DNA from: Heptranchias perlo
Taxonomy: Eukaryota
Assembly (NCBI RefSeq): GCF_035084215.1
Contig: NC_090337.1
Location: 62,930,001-62,994,000, forward strand
Reading direction: 5' to 3'
Length of the DNA stretch: 64,000 bases
Numbering within the stretch: position 1 is the first letter of the stretch; each line of letters begins with the position of its first letter. Below, in pieces: positions 51,508 to 64,000 of the stretch. The position numbers and the translations under genes were made by a program. The notes below the pieces were generated by a model. That model searched no databases and was not told the origin of the DNA. It saw only the letters and a list, made by a program, of their open reading frames with translations.

Positions 51508-53568
51508 TTTTTTTTCAAAAAATATATATTATTCATAAAATTTGCAGCAGTACATACAATACAGTTGTCATATCACATTCCAAACGTACACAATATAGAT
51601 TATGCAATTTGCAGGTTACATCAAATATAGTTCAATGAAACACATTGGTCATAATTACAGTTCATGACACTCTCGGGTGTCTCACTGCATCACAATCAAT
51701 ACAGGTGATTCATTCCAGGTACATTACAGATTTACTACAGGTACATTACATCAATTTGAGTTTTGCATTCTGCCCGAGGGGGTTTTTCCCTGATTTCAGC
51801 CCCTCGGTATACAATGGCGGGAAGGCTCTAAACGGTTGCCTTTCCCCACAGAGCCTTTGCGGCGGCTGCACCCATCCTCAGTGTGTCCCTCAGCACGTAG
51901 TCCTGGACCTTGGAATGTGCCAGTCTGCAACACTCGGTCGAGGACAGCTCCTTGCACTGGAAGACCAGCAAGTTTCGGGCAGACCAAAGGGCGTCTTTCA
52001 CCGAGTTGATGGTCTTCCAGCAGCAGTTGATGTCCGTCTCAGTGTGCGTCCCCGGGAACAGCCCGTAGAGCACAGAATCCTGTGTTACGGAACTGCTCGG
52101 GACGAACCTGGGCAGATACCACTGCATCTCTCTCCAGACCTTCTTTGCAAAGGCACATTCCAAAAGGAGATGGGTGACGGTCTCGTCTCCACCGCAGCCT
52201 CCTCGGGGACAGCGCGCGGTGGTGCTGAGAGCCCGGGAGTGCATGAAGGATCTGACGGGAAGGGCCCTTCTCACCACCAGCCAAGCTAGGTCTTGGTGCT
52301 TGTTTGAAAGCTCTGGCGATGAGGCGTTCTGCCAAATGACATTGACAGTCTGCTCGGGGAATCAACCGACAGGATCCACCATCTCCTTTTCCCTCAGGGT
52401 CTCGAGGACGTTACGTGCGGACCACTTGCTGATCGCCTTGTGGTCAAAGGTGTTTTTCTGCACAAACCTTTCCACGAAGGACAGGTGGGGCGGAACGGTC
52501 CAACTGGACGGAGCGTTCCATGACAGCGTGGCCAGGCCCATCCTTCTCAACACCGGGGACAGGTAGAACCTCAGCACGTAGTGACACTTTGTGTTTGCGT
52601 ACCGAGGGTCTACGCACAGCTTGATGCAGCCGCACACAAAGGTGTCCATCAGGATGAGGGCCACGTTGGGCACGCCTTTCCCCCCTTTCTCTGGAGATTT
52701 GTACATCGTGACCCTGCGGACACGGTCCATTTTTGATCTCCAGATAAAGCGGAAGATGGCTCGGGTGACTGTCGCGGCGCACGAGCGAGGTATGGGCCAG
52801 ACCTGCGCCACGTACAGCAACACCGAGAGTACCTCGCACCTGATGACCAGGTTCTTGCCCACGATCGAGAGGGATCGTCGATCCCACAGTCCCAGTTTCT
52901 GCTTAACCTTGGAAATACGCTCCTCCCAGTTTTTGGTGCACGCCCCGGCCCCCCCGAACCAGATCCCCAGCACCTTCAGGTAATCCGACCTGACGGTGAA
53001 GTGGACAAAGGATCGGTCGGTCCAGTTCCCAAAGAACATGGCCTCGCTCTTGCTACGATTTACCCTGGCCCCCGAGGCCAGTTCGAACTGGTCGCAGATG
53101 CTCATCAATCTGCGGACCGACAGCTGATCCGAGCAAAAGACGGCGACGTCGTCCATGTACAGGGAGGCCTTGACCTGAGTGCCTCCGCTGCCTGGGATCA
53201 TCACCCCTCTTATGCCCGCATCCCTCCTGATGGACTCGGCAAAGGGTGCATCACACGAACAAGACGGAGGAGAGAGGACAGCCCTGCCTGACTCCAGATT
53301 TGATCGGAAAGCTTTCTGATTCCCACCCGTTGATTGAAACTGCGCTACTGATGTTTGTGTAGAGCAGTTGGATCCAATTGCGGATTCCCTCCCCAAACCC
53401 CATTTTGGAGAGCACGTCCATCATGTACGTGTGGGATATTCTGTCAAAGCCTTCTCGTGGTCCAGGCTGATCAGGCAGGTGTTCACCCCCGTCCTGTACG
53501 TAGGCGATCGTATCCCTGAGTAGCGCCAGGCTATCAGAGATCTTCCTGCCGGGTACGGCGCAGGTCTG
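51508..53568 (-). mobile_element. Tx1-clade (L1 group) LINE, 5'-truncated ORF2
   Basis: FDRISH, SGVRQGCPLS and YMDD RT motifs; C-terminal CCHC finger CPRGGCGGDETVTHLLLEC; long 3' UTR and poly(A); frameshifted. Confidence 0.92.
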
Positions 53569-53712
53569 TACTTTCAGCGTAGATGCAGGCTTACAGGGAG
53601 CATGGGTCAGAGAACCATTACTACAATATTGGCTCTGAACTTCCTCGGGCCTGTTCCCACTCCGCCACCGTAACTTTGCCGGAAGTGTGATGGACACCCT
53701 GCTTCGTGCATA

Positions 53713-54225
53713 AACAACAACAATTCGCCTTTATATAGCGCCTTTAACGTAGGAAAATGCCCCAAGGTGCTTCACAAGAGCGTAACTAGACAAAAATTGA
53801 TATTGAGCCAAATAAGGAGATATTAGGACAGGTGACTAAAATCTTGGTCAAAGAGATAGGTTTTAAGGGGCATCTTAAGGTGAGAGAGGTGGAGAGGCAG
53901 AGAGGTTTAGGGAGGGAATTCTGGACCTTAGGGCCTAGACGGCGGAAGGCACGGCCACCAGTGGTGGGGTGAAGGAAGTGGGCGATGCTCCAGGTGCCAG
54001 AATTTTAGGAAGGCAGAGTTCTCTGAGGGTTGTATAGCTAGAGGAGATTACAGGGATAGGAAGGGATGAGGCCATGGAGGGATTTGAACACAAGGATGAG
54101 AATTTTAAAATTGAGGCGTTGCTGGACTGGGAGCCAATGTACAAGGATAAGGCCAAGGTCAGGGGTGATGGGTGAGCTGGACCTGGCGCGGATATGGGCA
54201 GCAGAGGTCCGATGAGTTTTGGATA
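53713..54225 (-). mobile_element. L2 LINE 3' fragment
   Basis: HWLPVQQRLNFKILILVFKSLHGL peptide and a ggcgctatataaa...(gtt)n tail. Confidence 0.85.
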
Positions 54226-56116
54226 GATGGGGTTTCCATCGCACTTTTGACAAAGTTACGTGGACAGAGCAGAAAGACTTCTGAGGAAATCCTGGGGGAA
54301 TGTTGCAAATCCATCCCAGACCCATACTCTCTCCAGAAATACCGGAATAGTCTGATACCCGATCATCTCACCACCATGACTTCGTCCATATTCTGCCAAC
54401 TTAACCATGAAGCAACGCATATGAGCTATTTTGAAAATAAACATCTGGCATAGAAGAATTGGCCCCTAAAGTTTTTTTTGCAAAAATATCAATAAAAATT
54501 TTAGAAATATAGAGAAGTGTCTGATAAAAACAACACAGAAAGGTAAACATTGCAGCAAAAATAATATAAATCTTGTGGCAATTTAAAAGCTCTATCGACC
54601 ATGGTCCCATTCCCAATGGGTGCACCAGGGATAAAGAACAAACCTGGATTGTGCTAGGGGCTCATTTGAATATTTTTGCATCAAATTTGGGGCTTTTATG
54701 AGGCTCAGGTATAAAACGGGCATAAACTTTTCAGCTCACTAAATTCAGAAAAATGCGGAGTTTCAGCCCAGTAAGAAATTGGCACAAGTGGGGAACGTGT
54801 CTGTTCTCCCAATTCCCAGATCCCTCTGCCCTGGTTGTGAGCCCTCTCTCCTGTTGAGCAGAACTGCTGAATCAGCTCTCAGACGTCAATTCTTATTTTT
54901 GGCTCTCTATATAAAAACAATTTTATATACCCAACCAGACATCACAGCCAAGCTCTTCCTATTGTACTGCACCACTGATAAGACTTATCAATGAACCCTT
55001 AGCTCATCTTGGGAACATCTTGACACAATACACTTCTCACTATTAACAAGCTACCTTATTTACATTTATGATGCACAATTGGCTTATTCACATTCTGGCA
55101 ACTGCTTCCAGTATACGCAGGCAAAACTGTGCAGAGTCACATTAACGACGTGACTTAGCTGTCCCTGACCTTCCCTGGGATCCGAGTAAGCATCTGGCAC
55201 TGCTAATTGCCACTTCTTCTCGTAAGCTGATAGCTCGGCCTGTCAGCGGCCGAAAAAAATGGCAGCAAGCGCCATTCAGTGGTGCTGGAGACGGCTGTTT
55301 ATGTATAAGTGGCCTCTGGAGAACACTTCAAGGCCCACCTTACTATGTGGGTATTGGGGCCTCCATGAGCACTAGGTTGTTTATATTACAGCACTGTAGG
55401 CCGGGGTAGCTCCAGAGCTGCACTGTCATATATAAGCAGCATAGAACAAGGTGACAATATAATTCACATTATAGTGCCATAGATTGCATTGCCCTCGCAA
55501 AATATGGCACAGTAAAATCTAATCTCCTCAAGAGTCATGCAAAATATTGGTAGGCCAAAAGCTTATTAGGTCATTTGCATGGCCACTGTTCTTTTCCTAT
55601 TTACACACTCTTCCCTTGGAGAATAGTGTGAAGCAGTGGAAAGAGCTGATTAAGAGTCTGACAGGCCGTGACGTGAATGCTCCTTCCATGGCCATAATCC
55701 TCTTCATACCAGCTGATAGGATGGTTAGTCCTATATGGCGGGAGAGTTTTATGGGCTCCCACAACCCATACGGTGAGGGAGGGGGGCACTCACCGGACAC
55801 GAGTATCCCGTAGAACGTCAACCCAGAATTCAGAGCTGGAGCTCTGGTCTCCACTCGCCAGGTCTGTCTGGAGTGGGGTTCCAACCCTGCACTTTCTGAC
55901 TCAGAGGCAGGAATGCTACCACTAAACCAAAGGCTCACTCCCACCCTTGGGGATATAACTGTGCTGATGAGTAAACGATTTTAAACCTCTTTAAATGTCA
56001 TGTTCCACAATATCTGTAGAGATTCCCATTGATCTTTGCAGTTCGTGTATGGTAAATCTTTTTTATTTTTACAAAGATGTGGCCATTGTGCTTGTTCCTA
56101 TTTTAATGGTTAGCGT

Positions 56117-57262
56117 CTTTTTAAAAATTCTTTCATGGGATGTGGGCGTCACTGGCAAGGCCAGCATTTATTGACCATCCCTAATTGCCCTTGAGAAGGT
56201 GGTGATGAGCCACCTTCTTGAACCGCTGCAGTCCGTGTGGTGAAGGTTCTCCCACAGTGCTGTTAGGAAGGGAATTCCAAAGTTTTGGCCTAGCGACGAT
56301 GAAGGAACGACGATATAATTCCAAGTAGGGATGGTGTGTGACTTGGAGGGGAACGTGCAGGTGGTGTTGTTCACATGTGCCTGCTGCCTTTGTCCTTCTA
56401 GATGGTAGAGGTCGTGGGTTTAGGAAGCCTTGGCGAGTTGCTGCAGTGCATCCTGTGGATGGTACACACTGCAGCCATGGTGCGCCAGTGGTGAAGGGAG
56501 TGAATGTTTAGGATGGTGGATGGGGTGCCACTCAAGCGGGCTGCTTTGCCCTGGATGGTGTCGAGCTTCTTGAGTGTTGTTGGAGCTGCACTCATCCAGG
56601 CAAATGGAGAGTATTCCATCACACTCCTGACTTGTGCCTTGTAGATGGTGGAAAGGCTTTGGGGAGTCAGGAAGTGAGTCACTCGCCACAGAATACCCAG
56701 CCTTTGACCTGCTCTTGTAGCCACAGTATTTACATGGCTGGTCCAGTTAAGTTTCTGGTCAATGGTGACCCCCCAGGATGTTGATGGTGGAGGTTCGGTG
56801 ATGGTAATGCCATTAAGTGTCAAGGGGAGGTGGTTAGACTTTCTCATGTTGGAGATGGTCATTGCCTGGCACTTGTCTGGCGCAAATGTTACTTGCCACC
56901 TATCAGCCCAAACCTGGATGTTGTCCAGGTCTTGTTGCATGCGGGCATGGACTGCTTCATTATCTGAGGGGTTGCGAATGGAACTGAACAATGTGCAATC
57001 ATCAGAGAACATCCACATTTCTGACCTTATGATGCAGGGAAGGTCATTGATGAAGCAACTGAAGATGGTTGGGCCGAGGACACTGCCCTGAGGAACTCCT
57101 GCAGCAATGTCCTGGGGCTGAGATGATTGGCCTCCAACAACCACTACCATCTTCCTTTGTGCTAGGTACGACTCCAGCCACTGGAGAGTTTTCCCCCTGA
57201 TTCCCATTGACTTCAATTTTACTAGGGCTCCTTGGTGCCACACTCGGTCAAATGCTGCCTTG
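56117..57262 (-). mobile_element. CR1/L2-group LINE (family B), 5'-truncated
   Basis: IKAAFDRVWH, GVPQGSVLGP and FSDD motifs with the family B tail. Confidence 0.92.
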
Positions 57263-57487
57263 ATTACATTTATACTACTGGATAACTTCAGTGGCACTGT
57301 TTGTGGGCATTTTACTAATGCAGGAAGGCAATCCTAGCACATGGTCTAAGAGTGTAAGTGTTTATGTTGAACTGGCTACGGGAGAGTCTGAAAGAGATCT
57401 GAGAGTGATTGTAGACTCAACAGTGACCACGTCCAGTCATTGCAGAGCAGCAATCATGCTGAGCTATATCACCCAATCAGTAGGGTA

Positions 57488-57910
57488 TAACAACAACTTG
57501 CATTTATATAGTGCCTTTAAGGCAGTAAAACATCCCAAGGTGCTTTGCAGTGTTATCAGACAAAATTTGATACTGACCCACATAAGGAGATATTAGGACA
57601 GGTGACCAAAAGCTTGGTCAAAGAGGTAGTTTTAAAGAGGCAACTTAAAGAAGAGAGGGGTGGAGAGGCAGAGAGGTTTAGGGAGGGAATTCCAGAGCTT
57701 AGGGCCAAGGCAGCTGAAGACAGGGCCGCCAATGGTGGAACGAAGGAAATCTGGGATGCGCTAGAGGCCAGAATTGGAGCACTGCAGAGATAGCGGAGGG
57801 TTGTAGGGCAGTAGGAGGTTACAGAGATAGGGAGGGGCAAGGCCATGGAGGGATTTGAAAACAAGGATGAGATTTTTACATCGAGGTGTTGCCAGACTGG
57901 AAGCCAATAT
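57488..57910 (-). mobile_element. L2 LINE 3' fragment
   Basis: LILVFKSLHGLAPPYLCNLL; homologous to 53713-54225. Confidence 0.85.
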
Positions 57911-58084
57911 CTGAGGGCGCTGTACTCTAAGTTCTATCAAGCTCTGGGCAGGCCTCACCCCGAATAGTACATTCCGTTCTGGTCACTGACACATCCAAGG
58001 CCTTGGAAGTGTTGCAGACAAGAGCTTTGAGGTTGATCCCCAGGGTCAAAGGACCAAGTTATGAGGAAAGTTGACTAAATACTG

Positions 58085-59332
58085 GAGTTTTTTGAGGATG
58101 TAACTGGTAGAATAGATAAGGGAGAACCAGTGGATGTGGTTTATTTGGATTTTCAGAAGGCCTTTGATAAAGTCCCACATAAGAGGTTAGTGTGCAAAAT
58201 TAAAGCACATGACATTGGGGGGAATATACTGGCATGGATTGAAAATTGGTTAACAGACAAGAAACAAAGAGTAGGAATAAATGGGTCTTTTTCAGGGTGG
58301 CAGGCAGTGACTAGTGGGGTATCGCAGGGATCAGTGCTTGGGCCCCAGCTATTCACAATATATATCAATGATTTGCATGAGGGAACCAAATGTAATATTT
58401 CCAAGTTTGCTGACTACACAAAACTAGGTGGGATTGTGAGTTGTGAGGAGGATGCAAAGAGGCTTCAAGGCGATTTAGAGAAGTTGAGTGAGTGGGCAAA
58501 TACATGGTAGATGCAGTATAATGTGGATAAATGTGAAGTTATCCACTTCGGAAGGAAAAGCAGAAAGGCAGAGTATTATTTAAATGGTGATAGATTGGGG
58601 AATGTTAATGTAGAAAGGGACCTGGGTGTCCTTGTACACCAGTCATTGAAAGCAAACATGCAGGTGCAGCAAGCAGTTAGGAAGGCAAATGGTATGTTGG
58701 CCTTCATTGCAAAAGGATTTGAGTACAGGAGCAAGGATGTCTTACTGCAATTGTACAGGGTTTTGGTGAGACCACACCTGGAATATTGAGTGCAGTTTTG
58801 GTCTCCTTACCTAAGAAAGGATATACTTACCATGGAGGGAGTGCAGTGAAGGTTCACCAGACTGATCCCTGGGATGGCAGGACTCTCGTATGAGGAGAGA
58901 TTGGGTCGACTCGGCCTGTATTCACTCGAGTTTAGAAGAATGAAAGGGGATCTCATTGAAACATATAAAATTCTGACAGGGCTAGACAGACTGGATGTAG
59001 GGAGGATGTTTGCCCTGGCTGGGGGATCCAGAACGAGGGGTCACAGTCTCAGTTTAGGACATTTAGGACTGAGATAAGGAGAAATTTCTTCACTCAGAGG
59101 GTGGTGAACCTGTGGAATTCTCTACCACAGAAGGCTGTGGAGGCCAAGTCACTGAATATATTTAAGAAGGAGCTAGATAGATTCCTAGACAGAAAAAGCA
59201 TCAAGGGATATGGGGGAAGAGAGCAGGAATATGGTATTGAGATAGAGGATCAGCCATGATTATACTGAATGGCGGAGCAGGCTCGAAGGGCCGAATGGCC
59301 TACTCCTGCTCCTATTTTCTATGTTTCTATGA
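58085..59332 (+). mobile_element. CR1 LINE, 5'-truncated, with multiple stops
   Basis: DVVYLDFQKAFDKVPH, QGSVLGP, FADY, C-terminal motifs and a 3' UTR. Confidence 0.92.
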
Positions 59333-60329
59333 ACGGTCTGTTTTTGTAAAAATGAATAGGATTTCAGAATATATGAACTGATCGATGGTAATCTGGAAAT
59401 ACTGCCGAGTGCTTTGGCTCCAGTATCCAGGTGGGGTACTGGAGACCAAAATTCTGGAGTCATTCTAGTAGCGGTTAGATGCTAATGATTGGGAAGGGGA
59501 ACATTAGGTCCCTCTGGATGGATGAGCTAGATGGGTAAATGCCCTCCCTTATCACTACATAGATTTGTGAAGATGGAATGCTATGTGACACTCATAAAAG
59601 ATTTGTAATAATTAACAGCTCATTTACAATTAGGGACAGCTTAGCTCTATTTATTGCCTTGTTCACGGGCTTATCATTCGAAAAGTCCTTAAGAAGTGAT
59701 TTTCTCCCCATTTTAGAAACTACTTTCACATGGGAGGCTCTAAGTCATGAAAATAACATTGCTAAATTAAATTAACAATATGGTCTATGCTCACCCATTC
59801 ACTCAAATCCATTTTTCAATTAAAATTTACCCATTATAAAATGCAAAGAAAATGCCCATAATGGGCTAATTACCCTCAATAAGCATGGCTTCTTGATTAG
59901 CCCAAATCTCTCTGTCAAATTGGTATGTAATTATGAATTGTGAATTATCAGGGAGAGTCACTGAGTGGGATTCCCCCTTAGGGGTGGAGTAGAGTCAGTA
60001 GGGACTTCTGCCCCCTCATCGCCCTCCTCTTCCTCCGACTCTGGCATAACCCTGGCCCATTTTCCTGGGTCGAGGGTCATTTCCCATGCAAGGCATGATA
60101 CTGATAAGATTCTCAACACCAAGAGGGAGCCTACCATTGCAATCAGGAAAATCAGGCAATGGTGCAATGGGACTGCCACCTGAAGAGGCAGCGAGGGACC
60201 TTAAAGGGGAAAAAGACCCCCCCAAAGATGTAGAAACTTACTGCCTTTGTAGGTCTTAGCAGAAATGGGGGCCTATTTGGAGGAATAGGAGGAGGAGGCC
60301 TCTACTAGGCCCTTACCTTCTTTTGAAAC

Positions 60330-60795
60330 TAACAACAACATCAATAACTTGCATTTATATAGCAACTTTAACGCAGTGAAACATCCAAAGACACTTCACA
60401 GGAGCGTAATCAAATAAAATTTGACACCGAACCACATAAGGAGATATTAGGAGAGGTGACCAAAAGCTTGGTCAAAGAGGTAGGTTTTAAGAAGGTAAAG
60501 GAGGAGAGAGAGGTAGAGAGGTGGAGAGGTTTAGGGAGGGAATTCCAGAGCTTAGGGCCTAGGCAGCTGAAAGCACGGCCACCAATGATAGAGTGATGAA
60601 AAGTGGGGATGCACAAGAGGCCAGAATTGGAGGAGCATAAGATCTTGGAGGGTTGTAGAGCTGGAGGATGTTACAGGGATGGGGAGGGGCGAGGCCATGG
60701 TGGGATTTGAAAAGAAGGATGAGAATTTTAAAATCGAGGTGTTGCTGGACCGGGAGTCAATGTATGTCAGCGAGCACAGGGATGATGGGCATCCT
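60330..60795 (-). mobile_element. L2 LINE 3' fragment
   Basis: IGGRAFSCLGPKLWNSLP peptide and the L2 tail. Confidence 0.85.
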
Positions 60796-61057
60796 AGCCT
60801 GATTGCCACCTTTAACTGGATACTTCCGGGGAATGGAGGTAAGAGGGGTGGAGGGGAGGGAAATGGGTCTGGAAGGTGGATCCTACTCCTCCTGCAGCAT
60901 TGTTATGCACTGGGTGTGACACGGCAGCTGGAGGCAGTCCCAGCCAGGGCCAGGGGAGGAAAATGGAGCTTGGGGCGGGGAGGCCATCCAATTTTGCCTC
61001 AGTTTCCACTGTGATCCTGCGCAATTTCAGACAGGGTCATAGGGAAAAAAAATCACT

Positions 61058-63706
61058 GGGCGCTAAATTAGGCCGTGTAGCACCCGTTGTTCCGGCGCTA
61101 TGCGGCATCCCGAAGTGCCAAGACGATGTCTTGGCTGCGTACGCACGTTTCCAGCGTGACGTGCGCTGGACGCCATCTTGATATAGAAGTTCACGCAGGT
61201 GCAGATAACAAACGCCGGAAGCATGTAAAGTAAGGAGAAAATGGATACAATCAGTGTGCGACACTGATATAAAGTGATAGATACCATTTTAGGACTTCAC
61301 ACTTAACTCAACTCACAGTCTTAATCCCGACCATCTGAATGTGTCCTCGAGAGCCTGGAGGACCCTCACCAGCGCGATTTAAAGGGACCATGCAGGATTT
61401 ACAGGTTAGTGGCTGGATTATTACTTCTGGCTGCCGAGACATTTGTAACTGGTTTTGGAGGTCTCCTATACTTGAATACCAGGACTAGGGGACATAGCCT
61501 AACATGTAGAGCCAGGAGGTGCAGGAGTGAAGTTAGGAAATGCTTCTACACGCAAAGGGTGGGAGATGTTTGGAACGCTCTTCTGCAAATGGCAGTTGAT
61601 GCTAGCTAAACTGTGAATTCTAAATCTGAGATTGATAGATTTCTGTGAACCAAGGGTATTAAGGGATAAGGGGCTAAGGCTGCTTCATCAATGACCTTCC
61701 CTCCATCATAAGGTCAGAAATGGGGATGTTCGCTGATGATTGCACAGTGTTCAGTTCCATTCGCAACCCCTCAGATAATGAAGCAGTCCGAGCCCGCATG
61801 CAGCAAGACCTGGACAACATCCAGGCTTGGGCTGATAAGTGGCAAGTAACATTCGCGCCAGACAAGTGCCAGGCAATGACCATCTCCAACAAGAGAGAGT
61901 CTAACCGCCTCCCCTTGACATTCAACGGCATTACCATCGCCAAATCCCCCACCATCAACATCCTAGGGGTCACCATTGACCAGAAACTTAACTGGACCAG
62001 CCAGATAAATACTGTGGCTACAAGAGCGGTCAGAGGCTGGGTATTCTGCAGCGAGTGACTCACCTCCTGACTCCACAAAGCCTTTCCACCATCTATAAGG
62101 CACAAGTCAGGAGTGTGATGGAATACTCTCTACTTGCCTGGATGAGTGCAGATCCAACAACACTCAAGAAGCTCGACACCATCCAGGACAAAGCAGCCCG
62201 CTTGATTGGCACCCCATCTACCACCCAAAACATTCACTCCCTTCACCACCAGCGCACTGTGGCTGCAGTGTGTACCATCCACAGGATGCACTGCAGCAAC
62301 TCGCCAAGGCTTCTTCGAAAGCACCTCCCAAACCCGCGACCTCTACCACCTAGAAGGACAAGAGCAGCAGGCACATGGGAACAACACCACCTGCACGTTC
62401 CCCTCCAAGTCACACACCATCCCAACTTGGAAATATATCGCCGTTCCTTCATCGTCGCTGGGTCAAGATCTTGGAACTCCCTTCCCAACAGCACTGTGGG
62501 AGAACCTTCACCACACGGACTGCAGCGGTTCAAGAAGGCGGCTCATCACCACCATCTCAAGGGCAATTAGTGATGGGCAGTAAATGCCGGCCTCGCCAGC
62601 GATGCCCACATCCCATGAATGAAAAAAAAAAATATGGAGTAAGGTCACAGGTCCACCATGATCTCATTGAATGGCAGAACAGGCTCGAAGGACTAAATGC
62701 CACTGCCACTTGCTGCCTCCTGATATGCACCACCTTCTCCTGTAAGAAAGCGGGAGGTGTGTCTGGGAGATGTGCCTGTCATGGTTGAATAGCTGCCAGT
62801 GTGTGTGGCCTGTGAGTTGTGGGTGGGCGGCTTGCAACAGTGGTAAAGTGTAAGGGTGAGAGGAAGCATCTGATTGGAAGAGTTGAGTACTGATGGAAAG
62901 AGTTTATTAGTATGTGGGTGATGGGGGTGTTGTGTGCGGAGCAGTGGATGCGGCTAGGGGTGCAGTTGGTAGGAGATGCCACTTGACAGTTGACCTCACT
63001 CACCTTGACCACTCATGTCAAAGCATTGAACTTCTTCCTGCACTGTATCCATGTTCATGATGCTGTGCACCTGGCATTGACTTCATCCCCTGCTGCCTCC
63101 CACTGCCTTTTGGGTATATGTCTGGAGGGACTCTTTCCACCCCGCCCCACTGTGGATATAGGATGTCCCTCTTTCTGTCCACCTCTTGCACCAAGGCCTC
63201 TAGTGCATCAGCAGAGAACCTTGGTGCTTGCACTCTCGCAGGCCTGGTACCAACTCAGATCGGAAGATTGGTGCGATTTCGCACGCAGATTGGAGGATGT
63301 GGGATTTGGTAGTGTGCAACCTTTATTCAATGTTTTAACATAACTCATCAGTTTGTAAACATAGGGACAGGAGATGCATCTGTGTTTTACATGTGCGATG
63401 TCTGATCTCTGTTCAGACTCCGTGCAGACAGCAGACTGTTATTTTCAGCAAATAACAGGTACCAGCTACCTTTAAGAGATTTTTTAAGAGACAGCCTGCC
63501 TTTAAGAGATTGGAGCACCCCCTGTTGGTGGAAAGTGCGAATTGCAAGGAATCCTCGTTCAACGCTGATTTCCAAAGAAGATTGCAGGTAAGTTCTCAGG
63601 CCTGACGAAAGTCTCGTCCTGCCTGCGCAGGGGCCATTGGGCGTGGGGTAATAGCGGATTGCGCTACCCCCACCCAAAAACAGGCCCTATCCAATATTTT
63701 TCCCCC
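61058..63706 (-). mobile_element. Decayed Harbinger-like transposon with a Myb/SANT ORF remnant; contains a CR1 fragment and a LINE-B insertion
   Basis: GGG...CCC ends flanked by ACT on both sides, though the TIR match is imperfect. Minus strand 63233-63003 encodes the frameshifted APRFSADALEALVQEVDRKRDILYP...KRQWEAAGDEVNA...TWIQCRKKFNAL, ending at a gtgag donor. Confidence 0.62.
61680..62632 (+). mobile_element. CR1/L2-group LINE (family B) 3' fragment with poly(A)
   Basis: MGMFADDCTVF motif and family B tail; interrupts a CR1 3' UTR (61470-61679 and 62633-62700). Confidence 0.92.
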
Positions 63707-64000
63707 ACTGTCTTAACTCACCAGTGGCTTTTGCAAGGCTTGCTGTGAACTCTGTCAGATCCGATAGTTCCAGATATTCTTAATAGGCACTTTTCCCAGG
63801 TGAAACAATATCTCGAGCATCTTTCTGATTCGCATTGGAGATTACATAGAGTTTTTATCAATGTAGGAGACAGATTCTACATAATACAAAGGATGAATAT
63901 AAAGTGCCTTCAGGAAAAATGAAGGTTAACTGGATTTTTACGAATTGATTCAATGTCTCCATCTTTGAGGAAAGCAGTTTCTTGCATCACAGAAAACCCC

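Overview
This is vertebrate genomic DNA, most likely from a shark or other cartilaginous fish. That is inferred from the repeats: dense CR1 LINEs, SacSINE1-like DeuSINEs, and L2, Tx1 and Penelope remnants. The only host gene I can support is the 5' part of a minus-strand claudin of the CLDN10/15/18 subfamily. It has a 165-nt exon 2 (2119-2283) and two different ATG-bearing first exons: a claudin-15/10b-like one (10202-10418) and a claudin-10a-like one (26799-27018). Both end in phase 1 and splice in frame to the same exon 2, and I found no other claudin exons between them. Exon 3 onward was not found and probably lies left of the window. The rest is intronic or intergenic and largely made of nested transposon relics. 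These include CR1, a second CR1/L2-group LINE family, L2, Tx1, a Penelope copy with a minimal hammerhead ribozyme motif, a solo LTR, Harbinger-like MITEs and SINEs, plus a 39-bp minisatellite and a perfect 26-bp hairpin. Nearly all long ORFs in the track are transposon remnants or repeat artefacts. Family names come from recalled motifs, not database searches.
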